Of a DNA stretch of 64,000 nucleotides, positions 26,017-39,280 are shown piece after piece. Made by a program: the position numbers and the translations under genes. The number at the start of each line of letters is the position of its first letter. The first letter of the stretch is position 1. The stretch lies in the NCBI GenBank assembly GCA_965603825.1, contig CBFDEM010000025.1:1-64000 (forward strand), given 5' to 3'. The DNA is from Blepharisma stoltei ATCC 30299. Taxonomy: Eukaryota > Protista > Ciliophora. The notes below the pieces were generated by a model that had not been told where the DNA came from, searched no databases, and saw only the letters and a program-made list of their open reading frames with translations.

Positions 26017-27291
26017 ATGCTAGTGGTATTTCTTTTAATTGTAAAGTGAGCAACTTGCCTTGGGTTCTCAGTTGAAGAGGAATTTGTTAAAACTGTTGAA
26101 GGATGCCCTGGTCTTTATATCAATGACAATATTCGATTACTGAATGAGCCTACTGTTTACACAAAATATTCCCAGACAATTGATGTCTACATTAAGAAGC
26201 TTCTCGATTTAAATCAAGTTATCCGTTTACTTGAGCCTTATATACATGAAAGCTTGCTAATCAGGTATAAGCAAGTAACAAATAATGACAGGCAAGGAAG
26301 CCTAATTTTGTTCCCTTCAGCTGTTTGACTTCCTGAAAAGCATCTCTACCTAGCTACAGCAAGAATCTCCTTATTTGGGATGTACAACTTCTTATATGCT
26401 ACTTTTTATGACTCAGAATGGAATGAGGTAACAAAAGAAGATTATGTGGGGAGAACGAAAGTACCTGGAATTATTCCTATCACAATAAAGCAGAAAGAAG
26501 AGGGAACTGGCCCAGAAGATCCTCGACTGTTTGTGGCACTTAATAATGAAATTTTCGTTGTTTTCAATTTGTTAGGAAAAGATAAAAACAGGATGATACA
26601 CCTTTACCGGTTTTCGACTGCAACTTTTAGAATGCTATATTTAGATGAGCATAATGGCAAAAAAAATATTATTGAGAAAAATTGGACCCCATTGATTATT
26701 GATAATGAGCATTTGTACTTTGTTTATAACTTCAAGAACTTACAAGTTGTTGATTGTACAGCTGAAAATGAATCTTGTAAGAAAATGACTGGGAATTACG
26801 ATTCTAAACCAGAGGCCTTGCGCGGAGGAAGTCCTTTTGTGAGATTCGAAGATACTAACTATTACGTTTCTCTATCATATACCCACATCTTTCTTAAGAA
26901 TTGTAACTTTTACAGGCCAGTTCTTGTAGTTATAGAAGTGATGCAGGAGCAACTGTCCTTAAAGATGGTATATCAGAGCGAGCCTTTTGACCTTAAAAAT
27001 AGGATCCTTATGAAGCCTGTTACAACTTATCGATATTTAAGCCAAATTAGAGATTGTATGCTGATAATTCCGTCTTCAATTGCTTCGTGAAACTTTAAAA
27101 ATAATACTGCAGATCTGCACGTTACAATTGAGGATCAAATTCCGATTGTGGTCAGAGTTGAAGGATTCACAGATTTTGTCCAATACGTCATCAACATGTA
27201 CGAGTATGGACGGCTGCCTGAAAATGCAAATTGCGCAGCAAAACTCTCTGTGAAGTATTTTTTAAGCGATAGTCCAAGGAAGGCTTATTAA
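26017..27291 (+). CDS. Bmt/GT91-like protein A8 (close paralog of A6)
   Basis: Signal peptide, GPEDPRLF, EKNWTP, LRGGSP, CNFYRP. TAA at 27289-27291. Confidence 0.8.
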
Positions 27292-27692
27292 TATAGATTG
27301 GCTAAAGTTAAGATCTCAGTAGTATATTTATAAATTTTTCATATTGAAGTATTTTTAACCCTTAATTCAAAATTGATGGCTTTTTTACCTAGAGAGAGAT
27401 TCCAAATGGAGATTATTTTAATCACTTATTTATCGAGCTCTCATATCGCACTAAATAATCACTCCCCTTTAAATTGAAAAAATTTCATTTTTTGAGGAGG
27501 AAGTGAACCCCAAAACCTTTTCCTTCAGATCCATCAAAATGTGCGAGAAAATATGTGGGGAAAAGCTGCGATAAAATAGATACTACAAACTTTTCAAGGT
27601 ATCTCGTCTATGGATCACAATATATATATTAATAAAACTGCGCTCTAATATTATTATCTGATTTATTCACTTTTATGAAAGAATTATTGTTA

Positions 27693-30600
27693 TTATACTT
27701 CTAAAAGAATTTCCTGACTGCCATTAATTGGATTCTCAGCTTTCTTTTGTCTCTTCGTAGTAATATAAAGCCTAAGTAAATACATCCCCATTGCAGCAAT
27801 CAGCATTGCCCCAAACAAAAATCCTAATAGCTTAATTAACCCAATAGCAGATGACGTGCTATTAATGACGCCAAAATACTTATCAGCAGAATGCTGTGAA
27901 ATTTCTAAATTCTTTGATACCCACATAAGAGGCATATAAGTCCTATATCCAGTGTTTTCCATACTCAGTTTTCCTAAATTTGGATACAAAGCATCTGGTT
28001 TGAGCTCAGCTGTATGCATGAGCTTTTCAGATAAGTAAAACGGAGTTCCTGAATATGGCTCCAAATCAATCACTGTATTGTACTCGGATGGCTGGTTTAG
28101 CTCAGGCTTCATATATGTTACGAGCTGATCTAGCATTGAATCAGCGTCAAGGAAATAAGGCTTGGCAGCAAAAATGGGGCTGCTTAAAGCACTTGTTTGG
28201 TTGATCAGCCCTGAAGGCCCAAATTGATAAAACTTAGCGTGGCTTGGATTTTGAGTACTATTCTGAATAGCTTTTGAGTTTAGCTTGAATCTTAAACAGT
28301 TAAATCCTCTCCACTCAACTTTTTTCGAGTACTCAGCTTCAAAATTAATCGCAAGTTCTTGATTATAATATTTTGCTTTTGAATCTTTGTCTAAGTCCGG
28401 CTGGAATCCCCAGGAGTCTCCGCCAACTAAATCGACTTCTTCATCCCATGGATTATAATTGACATAGTTTATTATAGAATCCCAAGGACTTTCTCCGAAA
28501 TACTGCTTTTTAACTATATTGGCATACGAGACTCCTCCATAGAGTCTATACCATCGATGCTGATCAATATCTGTTTTTCCTGTATTTATAGCATTTTTAA
28601 ACTGCAGTGGGATGTACTCATACATATCTCTTGTTTGGTTTTTCCCAAAAGTTACAATTGAAGGATCAATTGAGGGATCTCCGCCTAATAACGGATTCAA
28701 GTTTTTAATTCTGTTTAAAAATGGGTCGTAATCAGTCCACAGTAGCTCTTGGACTGTTTTAGACCTGAAGATTCCTCCAAACATGAATTTATCGATGACG
28801 AATCTTATGTAGTTAGCCATAGTTTCAGGGTCTGTCAGGTTGAAAAACTCTGATGCAGATGTATAATTTTCTTGGAAATCAAAAATAAAGAGCTTTTGCA
28901 CTTGAGAAGAACTGAAAAGGTAGTCAAAATTAAGCAAAAGGTCGATTTCTTCGTCGGAGAGCGCATCAGTCGTGAGATTGTTGGTCATGATGTAAGAGAA
29001 GTACTCAGGAGGATATGCAAAAGAGGGTTGATATTTGGGAATAAGACCATAAATTGAGGATGCATTTTTTATATTAAAAATGCTGAAAATTTCTGGCAAA
29101 TTTTTAGTCACATAGCCATTTCCCCACTGTTTTGAGCTTAAGTCCCATGAGAAACAAGCTGAGCCTGGGTTGATGCAAGAATAATGAGATTTAAGCTCAG
29201 AGTCAAATTCAGTGAAATTTGAAACTAAAGTGCTTTCATTTCCATATAAGGTTTCCATTTCTTCATCTGACAGCCCAGTTATATTTTGAAACCAAACCCA
29301 AGATTCAGAATTCTCTCCACGTCAGTAAGGCAATAGCCAATAACTCATTGTTGTAGTATCATTGCTCCATTGAATTTGTGGAATCGAGCAGATTTCAGTC
29401 TGGCTTGGCAAGGTATCAGATAAAATTCCTTCACATGTGACTCCCAGTTCATATTGTAGCCTCAAATAATCATAAGTCGCTGTAATCTCAGTCAATAAAA
29501 TATCTGACAGTGTTGCAGTCACCTCTAAAAGAGCCTGACTCCCCAATTTCCCAATAGAAAATTCACTAGCAATTCCTCTGTTATCATAATTATAAATTTC
29601 TTGGTCAGTGAACCCTTGCAGCGCAGCTGAAGAAACTAGCTCATTTATATAGTCCCATAAGACAAGAGCATGATTTTCAGAAAATAAATTAAAATCAGCT
29701 TGGATTTGGCTAAAAAGTCCTTCTCTTCCCAAAGCAAAAAAATGATTCATATGTCCTACATCAAGAAGTGTATAATTGCTCCACTTAGGGAACCCAGAGA
29801 CTCTATCATAATAAAAGAGCTCAAAATAGTCTCCAGGTGTAAATGAAACTCCTGGATATTTTTCCCCTGTGCTGGTGCTTGATAAAAAGTAGCTCATTTC
29901 TGGGTATCCATATATAGTGTTATTAAAGCATTTAATAGTCGATCCTTGTGAAGGAAAATCCCCAGGCGGCCCTAAAGTAATTTTTGAAGCTGACCATTGT
30001 AAAGCTCCCAGATAAGCAGGATCACAAATTTGGCTCCCATCAGTTTCCTGACACCCATACTCATTAAAAAACGCTTGAATTACAGTATCATGGTAATTTT
30101 TAAACTCCCCAGTAAAAATCTGCTCAAATTGAGTTTCATTAAGTCCAAAATTATTTTGAAGCAGATAAAGTGAACCCGAAATAGGTCTAGGGAACACAAA
30201 AACGTTATTTTGCAGATTTTCTTCAAGTGCCTTTATCCACGTTTGCAAAGTTTGCCAATTTCCCATTCCAAAGTACTTATCCTGCCAAATTTCTGCTCCA
30301 ATTTCATTATTAATCCCTGCTGGATCATAAATAAGGTTTTGTGCTGAGGTGTAATTTCCTAGTAATTTTTCGATCCCTTGGCAATAAGCTGCTATAGCTA
30401 AATCATTATTTAACGTATAAATTATTTGGTATAAGGAAATCAAAGCTAATTTTTCAGGTGAGGAATGCTTCATTGTATTCCAAGCTCCAAAAGGTCCAAG
30501 ATTTACCGTTGTTATCTTGTCAGTTTCGTGGGTATCATTTCTCCATACTGTATGATTTGTTTTTGCTTTTCTTTGGTAATTGAAATAACGAAGCCAAGCT

Positions 30601-30989
30601 TTGGAAGTCCCATGGTGGCTTGAATAGTTGTAATATAAAAAGTCATCGAATTCCTGGTAGTAATAGCCATTTTGCTCTGTTAAGCTAGGGAGTGCACCTT
30701 TTAAGACATCTTCTGGGTTGTTAATGTCAAAAAAATGATACTCATGAAGCAGGACGATTTCTGATTTGCCAGGCAAAGACCCTCAGAGATTATGGTCACT
30801 TCGATCATCCATAATAATGCGAGCTTTCATTTGAGATTTTAGGTCATTGTCGATAATTAGAGGAGCTATGGCAGCTGTTAAAATCAAAATTAAGCCGAGT
30901 CCACCGAGAATTCCACTAATAACCCATGGCTTTTTTGGCATATTAAATATTAGCCATATTTTCGACGTCATCGACATGTGTTTACTCAT
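27693..30989 (-). CDS. CD36/LIMP-II (class B scavenger receptor, Lmp-like) protein, ~1098 aa
   Basis: N- and C-terminal TM helices, YHFFDINNPEDVLKG, PIFAAKPYFLDAD, IDLEPYSGTP, YMPLMW, many NxS/T sites, cytosolic EILL tail. Three ORFs joined by TGA. Confidence 0.85.
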
Positions 30990-31647
30990 GTCTGAATTAA
31001 ATTAGATAAAATATTCAAAGCAAAAAGCTGTTGAGAAAATTGAATAATTAAATCCTTTATACAAATAATAAAATTTACTAATTATTTATAGTGAAAATAA
31101 ATAATGGAGCACATGCTGCGTTTGATTTTTTAAAGGCCTGCTAATGAAAATTTATTTAGGCTTCTTAGGCTTGCTCAATTATAATTCTCTTGAGATTAAT
31201 CGAGGATTTATGTATGTAATAATATGCGTAAAAGATTTATACAAATTTAGCAAAGCTGATGGAGAAATGAACAAAGCATTTGCTTTGAAAATTTTAATTT
31301 AGCAGAAACACACAATTAGATAAATTTGTGAGAGATTAAGGCATAATTTTTACTATTTAATCATAATCAATTATTGCTCTTAAATAATCTATTTAAATTA
31401 AATAATTCTCAATATCTGACTAAAATGTTTGATAATCCCATCTTTGATGATATAAAATGAAGCCGTGGAGGATAATTTTCTTATGCTTTTTCTGATTATA
31501 AACCCTAGAGAGTTTTTATAAATATCTATCTAGCTCAATTTATTATTTTGAATTATTATAAGCCTCTGTGCATTTTCATTAAAGACTAATAATCTTAATG
31601 ACCTGCTAAATTTGTTATTAAATTAACTCTATATTCTAAAAAACTGC

Positions 31648-33318
31648 TTAGGCATAGAATTTTTCATTGGCGTTAATTCCCAACTTTAAATGGTTAGTTA
31701 TAATCTTGCCAGTCACTTGAGGAGTTTTCGATTTTGAGTTATAAATGCACGAATTCATTGCTTGCTCAAGCCGATTAGGGCTTGCTACATAATTTGAATA
31801 ATGGACTGTAAACGCTGGCATCGATTTTTCCTCTTCACATTCTTCATATTCAGTGTCCTTTTTCAGTGAGTCTTCATATGCCATCTTTGCTTTCAAAAAT
31901 GTAAACTGTGGGGATCGCTTTAATGGAACCCACCCATTGGGTTCTTTTGATGTATTATTCTCAATGCCAATTGGTACTTCATGGTTATTTTGGCGCTCAT
32001 CATTAACTTCCATCTCTATTTCTTTAAAAGAAATAGGCCGATTAAGGCTTACAGAAAAGACTAAATGCTGCTCATTATCCATAACATGCCTGGTGAACTG
32101 TCCTGTTTGGCATATAGTAAAGAGTTCTGGCGGACAAGGTTCCACTGCGGATTCTTGCAAAGAAACCCTGATTCTAGGCCTCATTTTTTCGACTAGATGT
32201 ATATGGCACCTAGGAAAAATTGGCTTTTCTAATACAGAGCCATGGTAAATTCTCATTTGTGCTGGGTGGTTGAAATTCATAGACATGTCCTCAGGGTTGA
32301 CGTAAAATATGTGTGAGGTTCCTTTTGATGAAGAAATTACTATTCATTTTTCATTTTTACTAATGCAAATATCATTAATATCTGCTGATGTCATTCCTCT
32401 ATAAAGCTTGTAAATCAAGCAATATCTCAGCTCAGGACCTGAAATTTGATTTTTTTTTGTAGGATTGATTCGGTAGATATGAAAAGTCTGCCCAGAGACT
32501 GTCGACACCACTAATAAGTGCGATGACTCACTAAACTTAAGCATTGATACTGATGTCGAAAAAGCTTGGATTTCACATATATCAGAGTTGTCTGGCAAAT
32601 GCTTTATTCATATTTTCCCATGCTGCGACCTCGAATCTGCTAACACCCCAGCGTTTTCCATATATGCCTTAATTTTGGTAAAACCATTTTCAGCAATCGA
32701 CATCACAGTTTTTGAGATTTTTTCAGTCAAATTAATTTCTCCTTCTTCAATAGGAGCATTTTTAGATTTCAAAGAATAAGCAATATATAAATTTGATAAT
32801 GACATTACTATTGAATTTTCTTCACTATTTACAATCGGCGAAATCATGTATAATTTCTCGAATGATTTACTATCAAAAACTTCAATTTCACAAGTTGAAA
32901 GAGCTGCACAAATTACTAGGGAGTTACATGAGATTTTTGTGATTTCTGAGGATGCGTTTATGAGAAAAATAAATTCTTTTTGTAAAATTGAAAAAAGCTG
33001 AATCGTGGATCTGGGAAATTCTATAGAATGATAGAGAGAGGTGATTGCAAGCAAGCCTTCAGGATTCTTGGGGATGCAAGTGATCTGGGAAACACCTAAA
33101 TTGCGCTTTGATAGGAATAAATTGGGTTCTGATGGCTTGGATAAATCTCAGGCTTGGAAGCCTCTTTCATATCCTATGAGAGCTACCAGTTTTGAAGAAG
33201 ATTTGAAGTTAATTTCTTGAAATTCGATATAAGTGATAGCGTCGAGTTCTTTTGAGTTGCTTATGGTTTCGGTGATTTTTCGAACAACAGAAGGAATGTA
33301 GCTTGCTATAGTTTCCAT
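31648..33318 (-). CDS. BCAS3/ATG18-like WD40 beta-propeller protein
   Basis: LIGYERGFQAWD, LKFSESSHLLVVSTVSGQTFHIY, LYRGMTSADINDI...KW..ISSSKGTSHIF. Continuous with TGA=Trp. Confidence 0.8.
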
Positions 33319-34620
33319 TTTACTATTGAGGGCATAAAATTTTATTTTAAATAGCTCAAGAATAGATGATATTGATATATGGAATTAGAATAGTCAAGTG
33401 CGGCATTCTCTATGTCTAAGCATGAAAATGAGAGCTATGCTATAATTGCTAAATTTAAATGCAATACAGAAGGTTCAGAAAGTGCAAATGGAGATATGGA
33501 AGTCCATGAATAATGGAGATATGGAAGTGCCCGCGAATGATGAGATTTAAATTTCTGCTTTCAGCCCATGTTTGATAGTCTGGTTAATATTAGAAGGTTA
33601 ATCCTATCCGAGAGAATACGGATAGAAAGAGTCAGCAACTCAAAGAGGGCTCATGGCTATGAGAATGGAAAGTATAGTGATTTTCAATCAGGAAAGCCAA
33701 AATTGGAAAGTAAGGTCTATTTATTGGCTTATTTTAAATCTTCCATTAAATGCCATAATAGCGAGAAAATGAAAACCCCCATGAGTTGGACCCTTTAGGA
33801 GACCTTAAAAAATGATGGCAATTAAGATAAGATAATAGAGACACAAAATTTCGATCTCTTTTAAAAGGCAACAAAGCTGAAATTTAGATAATTTATAGAG
33901 AAGCAATTCTTGAAGATATGAAGAAGAAAAAAGCAAGTTGAAATTGACAAGAAGTCAGATTGATGAAATTGATGCGCATGCTAAGGAATTTATCAAGATA
34001 ATTACGAAAAGCAAAAAAATAAGACGCCTTGGGCGTGATAAAACGTAAAATAAATAAAAAAAAAATAGAGAAGCAATTATATGATATTTTTGATGCAAGA
34101 TATTATTTAGGCAAGTGAAAGGACCAAAGAGATACTTGAAATAACGTAAATAAAATTAACTTCTCTTTATCTTTCGTAAAATAAAAGATAAAGGGCGACA
34201 TATTAATTATATTATTAGATAAAGGGTGGCAAAATTAATTAAATAAATTATTCTTTTTTATTTAAACCTTCAATAAATTATGTAATGCAAGCTTGATAAT
34301 TAATCATTAATAGGTTAGCTTGCAAAATTAGTAATAATAAATATCCTGCAATAAATTTAAGATTTAGTAATAATTCAAAATATTTCATCAATGAAGTTTA
34401 GTGGTCTATTAATGAATTTATTATTTTCTTATTACATTTAGTAAAAACCTTTGAGTTTTACTTCAGACAATATTATGGATTTTATGTGTGTGTCAAGCCC
34501 AGAAGGGAAAAAATATAACTATTGGTTCTGCTCTCTTTGATTATAATTTTAAATTCTAATCAATATTAGTTTCTGATAATATTTTATTAAATAAGATTAG
34601 CTAACTGCTATTTAAAAAGT

Positions 34621-35520
34621 ATGAATAAAATAAGCAGAGCATTTTCAAGCCACTATCCATATCATATAATTACAAAATCCGAAGCCCAAAAATTACTTGA
34701 TTTTCCTTTGCAATTTTATTCTGAAAAATACCCAAAAGAAAGCAAAGAGACTAGAAAGAGTTACAATCATCACTGAAAAAAAGAACTAGAAGGTATAGCC
34801 TACAGCTGTGGAATGTTTTTATCGCTTTTAGCAAAAGAGAATTTAAAAGAGCTAGAAGACCTTCTTGAGTGAAACATGTTTAAAACTCTTGAAAAATCGA
34901 TTAAAATTTATAAAGATTCAGGATATACAATATCCTCAATTGGTAGCGCAGAAAATCCGAAGGTCGAAGTCCTTGACGTCAATACGTACGAAGGCTGTTT
35001 ACTTCCCTATAGAAATCTTAACCTAGAAAGCAGCAAATATAAGACTCAGTCCTATTTGGATAAAGAGCCATATCCTTCATACCACAGATACAAACTTAAA
35101 ACGGAAGATAGTATCACCGATATCATCCCTGAGTTTTATGAGTTTGAATCTTTAAACTTGAAAGAGATATGTACTTCTGGTAATGCAGAAATATATAAAG
35201 AACAGATAGACGAGTTAAGATGATATCTGGATAAGTGCCATATAAAGATATGGGTTATTGATATTGGATATATCAGCACTTTTAAGCTTCTTGTGAAAAA
35301 TAAAGAAGGGGATATAGTAGAAGGCACAAATGATGAAAATAAGCTAGAGTTTCATTCATTTAGAATGGAGATGTCAGTATATGAAGAAGGCCTTGTTAAT
35401 TGTATGTTCGATCCCCAAGGCAGACTAAAAAGATTTCTTAAAGCCAATCAAGGGTTGTTAGATCAATACACTATAAGTGATGTTGATGGCTTTATGAATG
35501 GAAACCCATTCACTACTTAA
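34621..35520 (+). CDS. Hypothetical protein (299 aa), possible mitochondrial presequence
   Basis: Open from ATG 34621 (MNKISRAFSS) to TAA 35520 with three TGA read as Trp. Confidence 0.7.
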
Positions 35521-36606
35521 ATTTAAACTTCACACAAATTACTGCTGATTAAAATTATATAACAACTATGCATATCTTTGAAAATTATAAATCAATTTAT
35601 CAGAATTTAAATAATTTAGGATTTATAGACTCTTTTCTGATAAAAATCAATCCTATATTATTTATAACACTCATGCTATTGATGTGTAAATTTTTAGAAG
35701 TTCAATGCAAGAAAATATGATAATTTAAATTACTAATGTTTATAGCTGCTTATAAATGCTTTTAATGATCTTATAATTTCTATAATTAGGTCATCTTTAA
35801 TTTTCTGTTTAATATGGAATTCAATACTCTCCCAAGAATTTTTGATAATTTAAAATTTTCTTTAATCACAACAAATCTGTCAGCAAAAGCTAAGAAAGAT
35901 TATTATATAAGCTCTGCTAGAGCCCAGTTTTTGCCATAACTCCTATTAGGTTTATAGATGCTTTAAATTTATACTATTTAGTTGCATTTTTAATAGATTC
36001 TGTGAGCAATTAGATCAGATTATCTCAAATTTTATAGTTTTTCATGAAATTTCGAGCCTTATAATTATGTATCGCTATATATGCGTGCTTTAAAAGGTTT
36101 TGATAATTATCAAAAATGTTCAAAATTGTTTAAAATATATTTCTTTATTTAGGTACTTGCTATAGCTAAAAACTGAGCACATGCAAATATGGCTTCTTAA
36201 AAGCAAGAATTTAATAATTTGCATTTAATATTATGATTTAAATAAATGGCTATTATTTGAAACACGTTCTGATCAGTCAAAAGCCTTTTAATCAATAATT
36301 TGTGTCTCTTATTGCCTTTATTTATTAAATTTAAAATTATATATTTAATAGAATTTTTGATTTCAAATATTAATCATAAATATTAGAAATTTATAACAAA
36401 ATGCATATTTTTGTTGGTAAACAAATATAATTTCAATCTATCAAACCCTCAAAATAAAATACTTTTTACTATTTATCTATCTCAATTAATTCAAAAAAGC
36501 AGTTTCAAGTCACGAATTTGATAATGTATTTTACCTTTCCAAGTATAAATGGTGTGCTCGACATGGTTTCAAACAAAAAAATCTGATCATTTTTCTTGGA
36601 TTATAA

Positions 36607-37245
36607 ATGTCAAAAAGTTGCCATCTGATCAGCGTCAATAAACTGTACGCAATTAAACACTCCCATTTAGCAACAATCGAGCGTCAGCAGATTCTTTATA
36701 GGATGTCCTTGAAGAATCCCTTGTACAGAATAGTTGACGACTATGAGCTGTATTTGCTTCTCAACAAAGCCGCTAATACCTTCCACTTCACGAAGCTCGA
36801 GATCAGCGCACTAAGTATCCTCTTGGAGTCGCTTGAGCTCACAGTTGCTTCAAATCCAAAACAACTTGTGATGTTCGCCTCATTTGTAATTAAAGCCTGT
36901 TTTTCTGACAAAAAGTCGTTTTCTTTTTATGAGAAATGCATGAAAAGAAGATACAAACATTTCGTAAAACGATTTGTTAATTGGATCACCCTGTACTCGG
37001 TAAGAACAGAATTCCCAGTCCAAGAGATTTGTAGCAAATATAGAGAGTTGGCAGCTGGGAACGCAATAATTTCGGTGAGGGAGATCCATAAATTTGAAAA
37101 TAAAATCAATCAAATGCTGTCCAGGAATTTCACTGGGGTGAGTAAAAGCAAGACTTTTATTGACTTTAAGGCAATTGGTGACCAGATGAGAGATTCGGAA
37201 AAGAGTTTCTTTGACGGCATGTGCCTTGATGATATTTTAATGTAA
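36607..37245 (+). CDS. Hypothetical protein (212 aa)
   Basis: Single ORF, GC clearly above flanks. Confidence 0.65.
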   Translation: MSKSCHLISVNKLYAIKHSHLATIERQQILYRMSLKNPLYRIVDDYELYLLLNKAANTFHFTKLEISALSILLESLELTVASNPKQLVMFASFVIKACFSDKKSFSFYEKCMKRRYKHFVKRFVNWITLYSVRTEFPVQEICSKYRELAAGNAIISVREIHKFENKINQMLSRNFTGVSKSKTFIDFKAIGDQMRDSEKSFFDGMCLDDILM

Positions 37246-37738
37246 CTAAATGTTATTTGTAACTAGTTTTTTATAGTAAACCCTTCTGAGACTTTGTTTT
37301 TTTCTGTCATGAAAATCATCTTGGAAGAGGGAGCAAGATTTAGAAAATATTCCAAAATTTCTCGGAATAAAAAAAATGAAAAGGATAGAAATTGGTAAAA
37401 TATTACTCAGAGTGATTGGATTTTTGGTGTTTGCTGTAATCCCTTCAAATTTCTTAGGCTAAATTTATCATCTCTCGAACATTGATGAAAAATTTTTTAC
37501 CAGTAAAAGGATCAAGTATTGACTTTAGATTTCAAGTTATCTTGGTAATACTGATTTTATACTTAAAAATGCACAAAAGTACACTTTTAAATTTTGATCC
37601 TTTATTTGGAATTTCTAGAAATTCTGATTTTCATATTTTAACCTCATATTTATTTATGGATTTTCTAAATTTAATTCAGATATTGACTAAGCTATAGGAT
37701 TGCTCCTATATTTAAGCAATCCTTCAGCCATTTGTGAA

Positions 37739-39052
37739 TTAGTTAGCTTTATTAGTTATTTTAAGATTAGCGATTACACTGATCGTTTTATTTTTCAAGT
37801 CAAATCTGTATAAATCATAATAATAATTGAGAAAATATATCGCATCATCATATAAAGCCTTATATGAAAGAAGAAATGAATTTTTGCATGAATTTGAGCC
37901 TATATTTTGCCAAGAAAATGGATCATTAATTTCGCTTTCGAAAATTCTTCCTCCAAATTCTATCAAATATCCTCTATTGTTTCCTGTAAAAATACTTTTT
38001 TGAATGTCTCCAGTAACATCCATACAATCAAAATAGGAATTAAGATCAGGACAATATCCATGCAATTTCAAAGAATGATACCCCACTACCAGCATGGTAT
38101 CCCCAAGAACAGCACAGGAGCAATAATCAGTGGTTCTTGGAAGCTTTGCTATTTTTAACCACACTGACTTATCAAGATCAAATTTTTCCCAAAAATCGCC
38201 TGACCCACCAAATGCATAAACATAGCCTTTATAGTAAGAAAGCGCTGTAAAATACGTTAATGCACGGGGAGGGTGCATTTTTATAGTAAAACTAAATTTA
38301 ATTGTAAAAGCTTTTGAGCTTGAATTAGAAAGGCAAAAAATTCCATTGTTAGGTAGTAAGCACATAGAAGCATAAAACTCAGGAATTTGGGCTGTATGAG
38401 TTAAATTTGTTGAAATGTGGGGTTTTGATAAATCAAAAATATAAACAGTAGGATCCGATTTTTTTAAATAAACAAGTTTAGTAGAAAGCATTGAGAGTTC
38501 ACTATTCAAATTATGCTCAAAATTAAAATTTGGATCAATTGAAAATAGCTTGCCTAAAGAGAAAATCACTCCTTCATAATCTTTAAAAGTTGTGATTTTT
38601 CAGTTTCTAGCATAATCCTCTATTGCTTCTGGGGGCATTTTCAAAATAGTCTCAATAAATGTAGGGTCTCCATATTCTGTGATTTCAGTCAAATTTTCAC
38701 ATAAACTAATTATTTCTTCACATTTTTTATTGACTATACCGACATTTAAATTCATCAAATACATATTGTGAGCAAAGCCATAAACTTCATTATTTTTTAT
38801 TTCATTTCAATATAAATTCACTTTGCTCTTCAATTCTTCTGCGCATCTCCTTAGCATTTCTCTGCTTTTTTCATTAATAACTGTAAATATACCTTTAACC
38901 TCATGTATTTCATCTATATTTTGATGTTCACCTGCATGACTATTGCATATAAATTGTTTGAGTCCTAGGCATTTGCAAGTCTTTATAGGCTTTTCTTGAC
39001 ACTCTTCAATATGGCATCTAATGCTTTCTATTTTGCTCTCATGAAATTTCAT
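37739..39052 (-). CDS. Kelch-like repeat protein K1 with N-terminal Cys/His (B-box-like) motif; intact
   Basis: RCHIEEC..CKC..FICNSH, YYKGYVYAFGGS, EKFDLDKSVW. Open frame of 437 aa with TGA=Trp. Confidence 0.85.
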
Positions 39053-39280
39053 ATTTATTAATATTTTGTTATAGATTACAAGGAATAATACTTGACTATA
39101 ACTCTGCTGGAGATTTAGAAGTAAGATCCTTTTATTTGGAACTTCTAAAAATTCAGCTATTATCATAATTTAATCTCTCATTTTTATTTTGATTTTCTAA
39201 AATTAATTCATAATATTGACTAAGCTATAGGATTGTTCCTTTATTTAAGCTGCTAAAATTATCATACTTAAGCAGCTTTA

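Noticed and set aside
27290-27620. Structured ncRNA (short complementary segments) or telomerase RNA
   Set aside because: No telomere template or known RNA motif. A ~105-codon Met-less minus-strand frame suggests a decayed gene fragment instead.
33487-33798. Short direct repeat (aatggagatatggaagt x2) and a 76-aa ORF
   Set aside because: Only two copies and no recognisable protein features.
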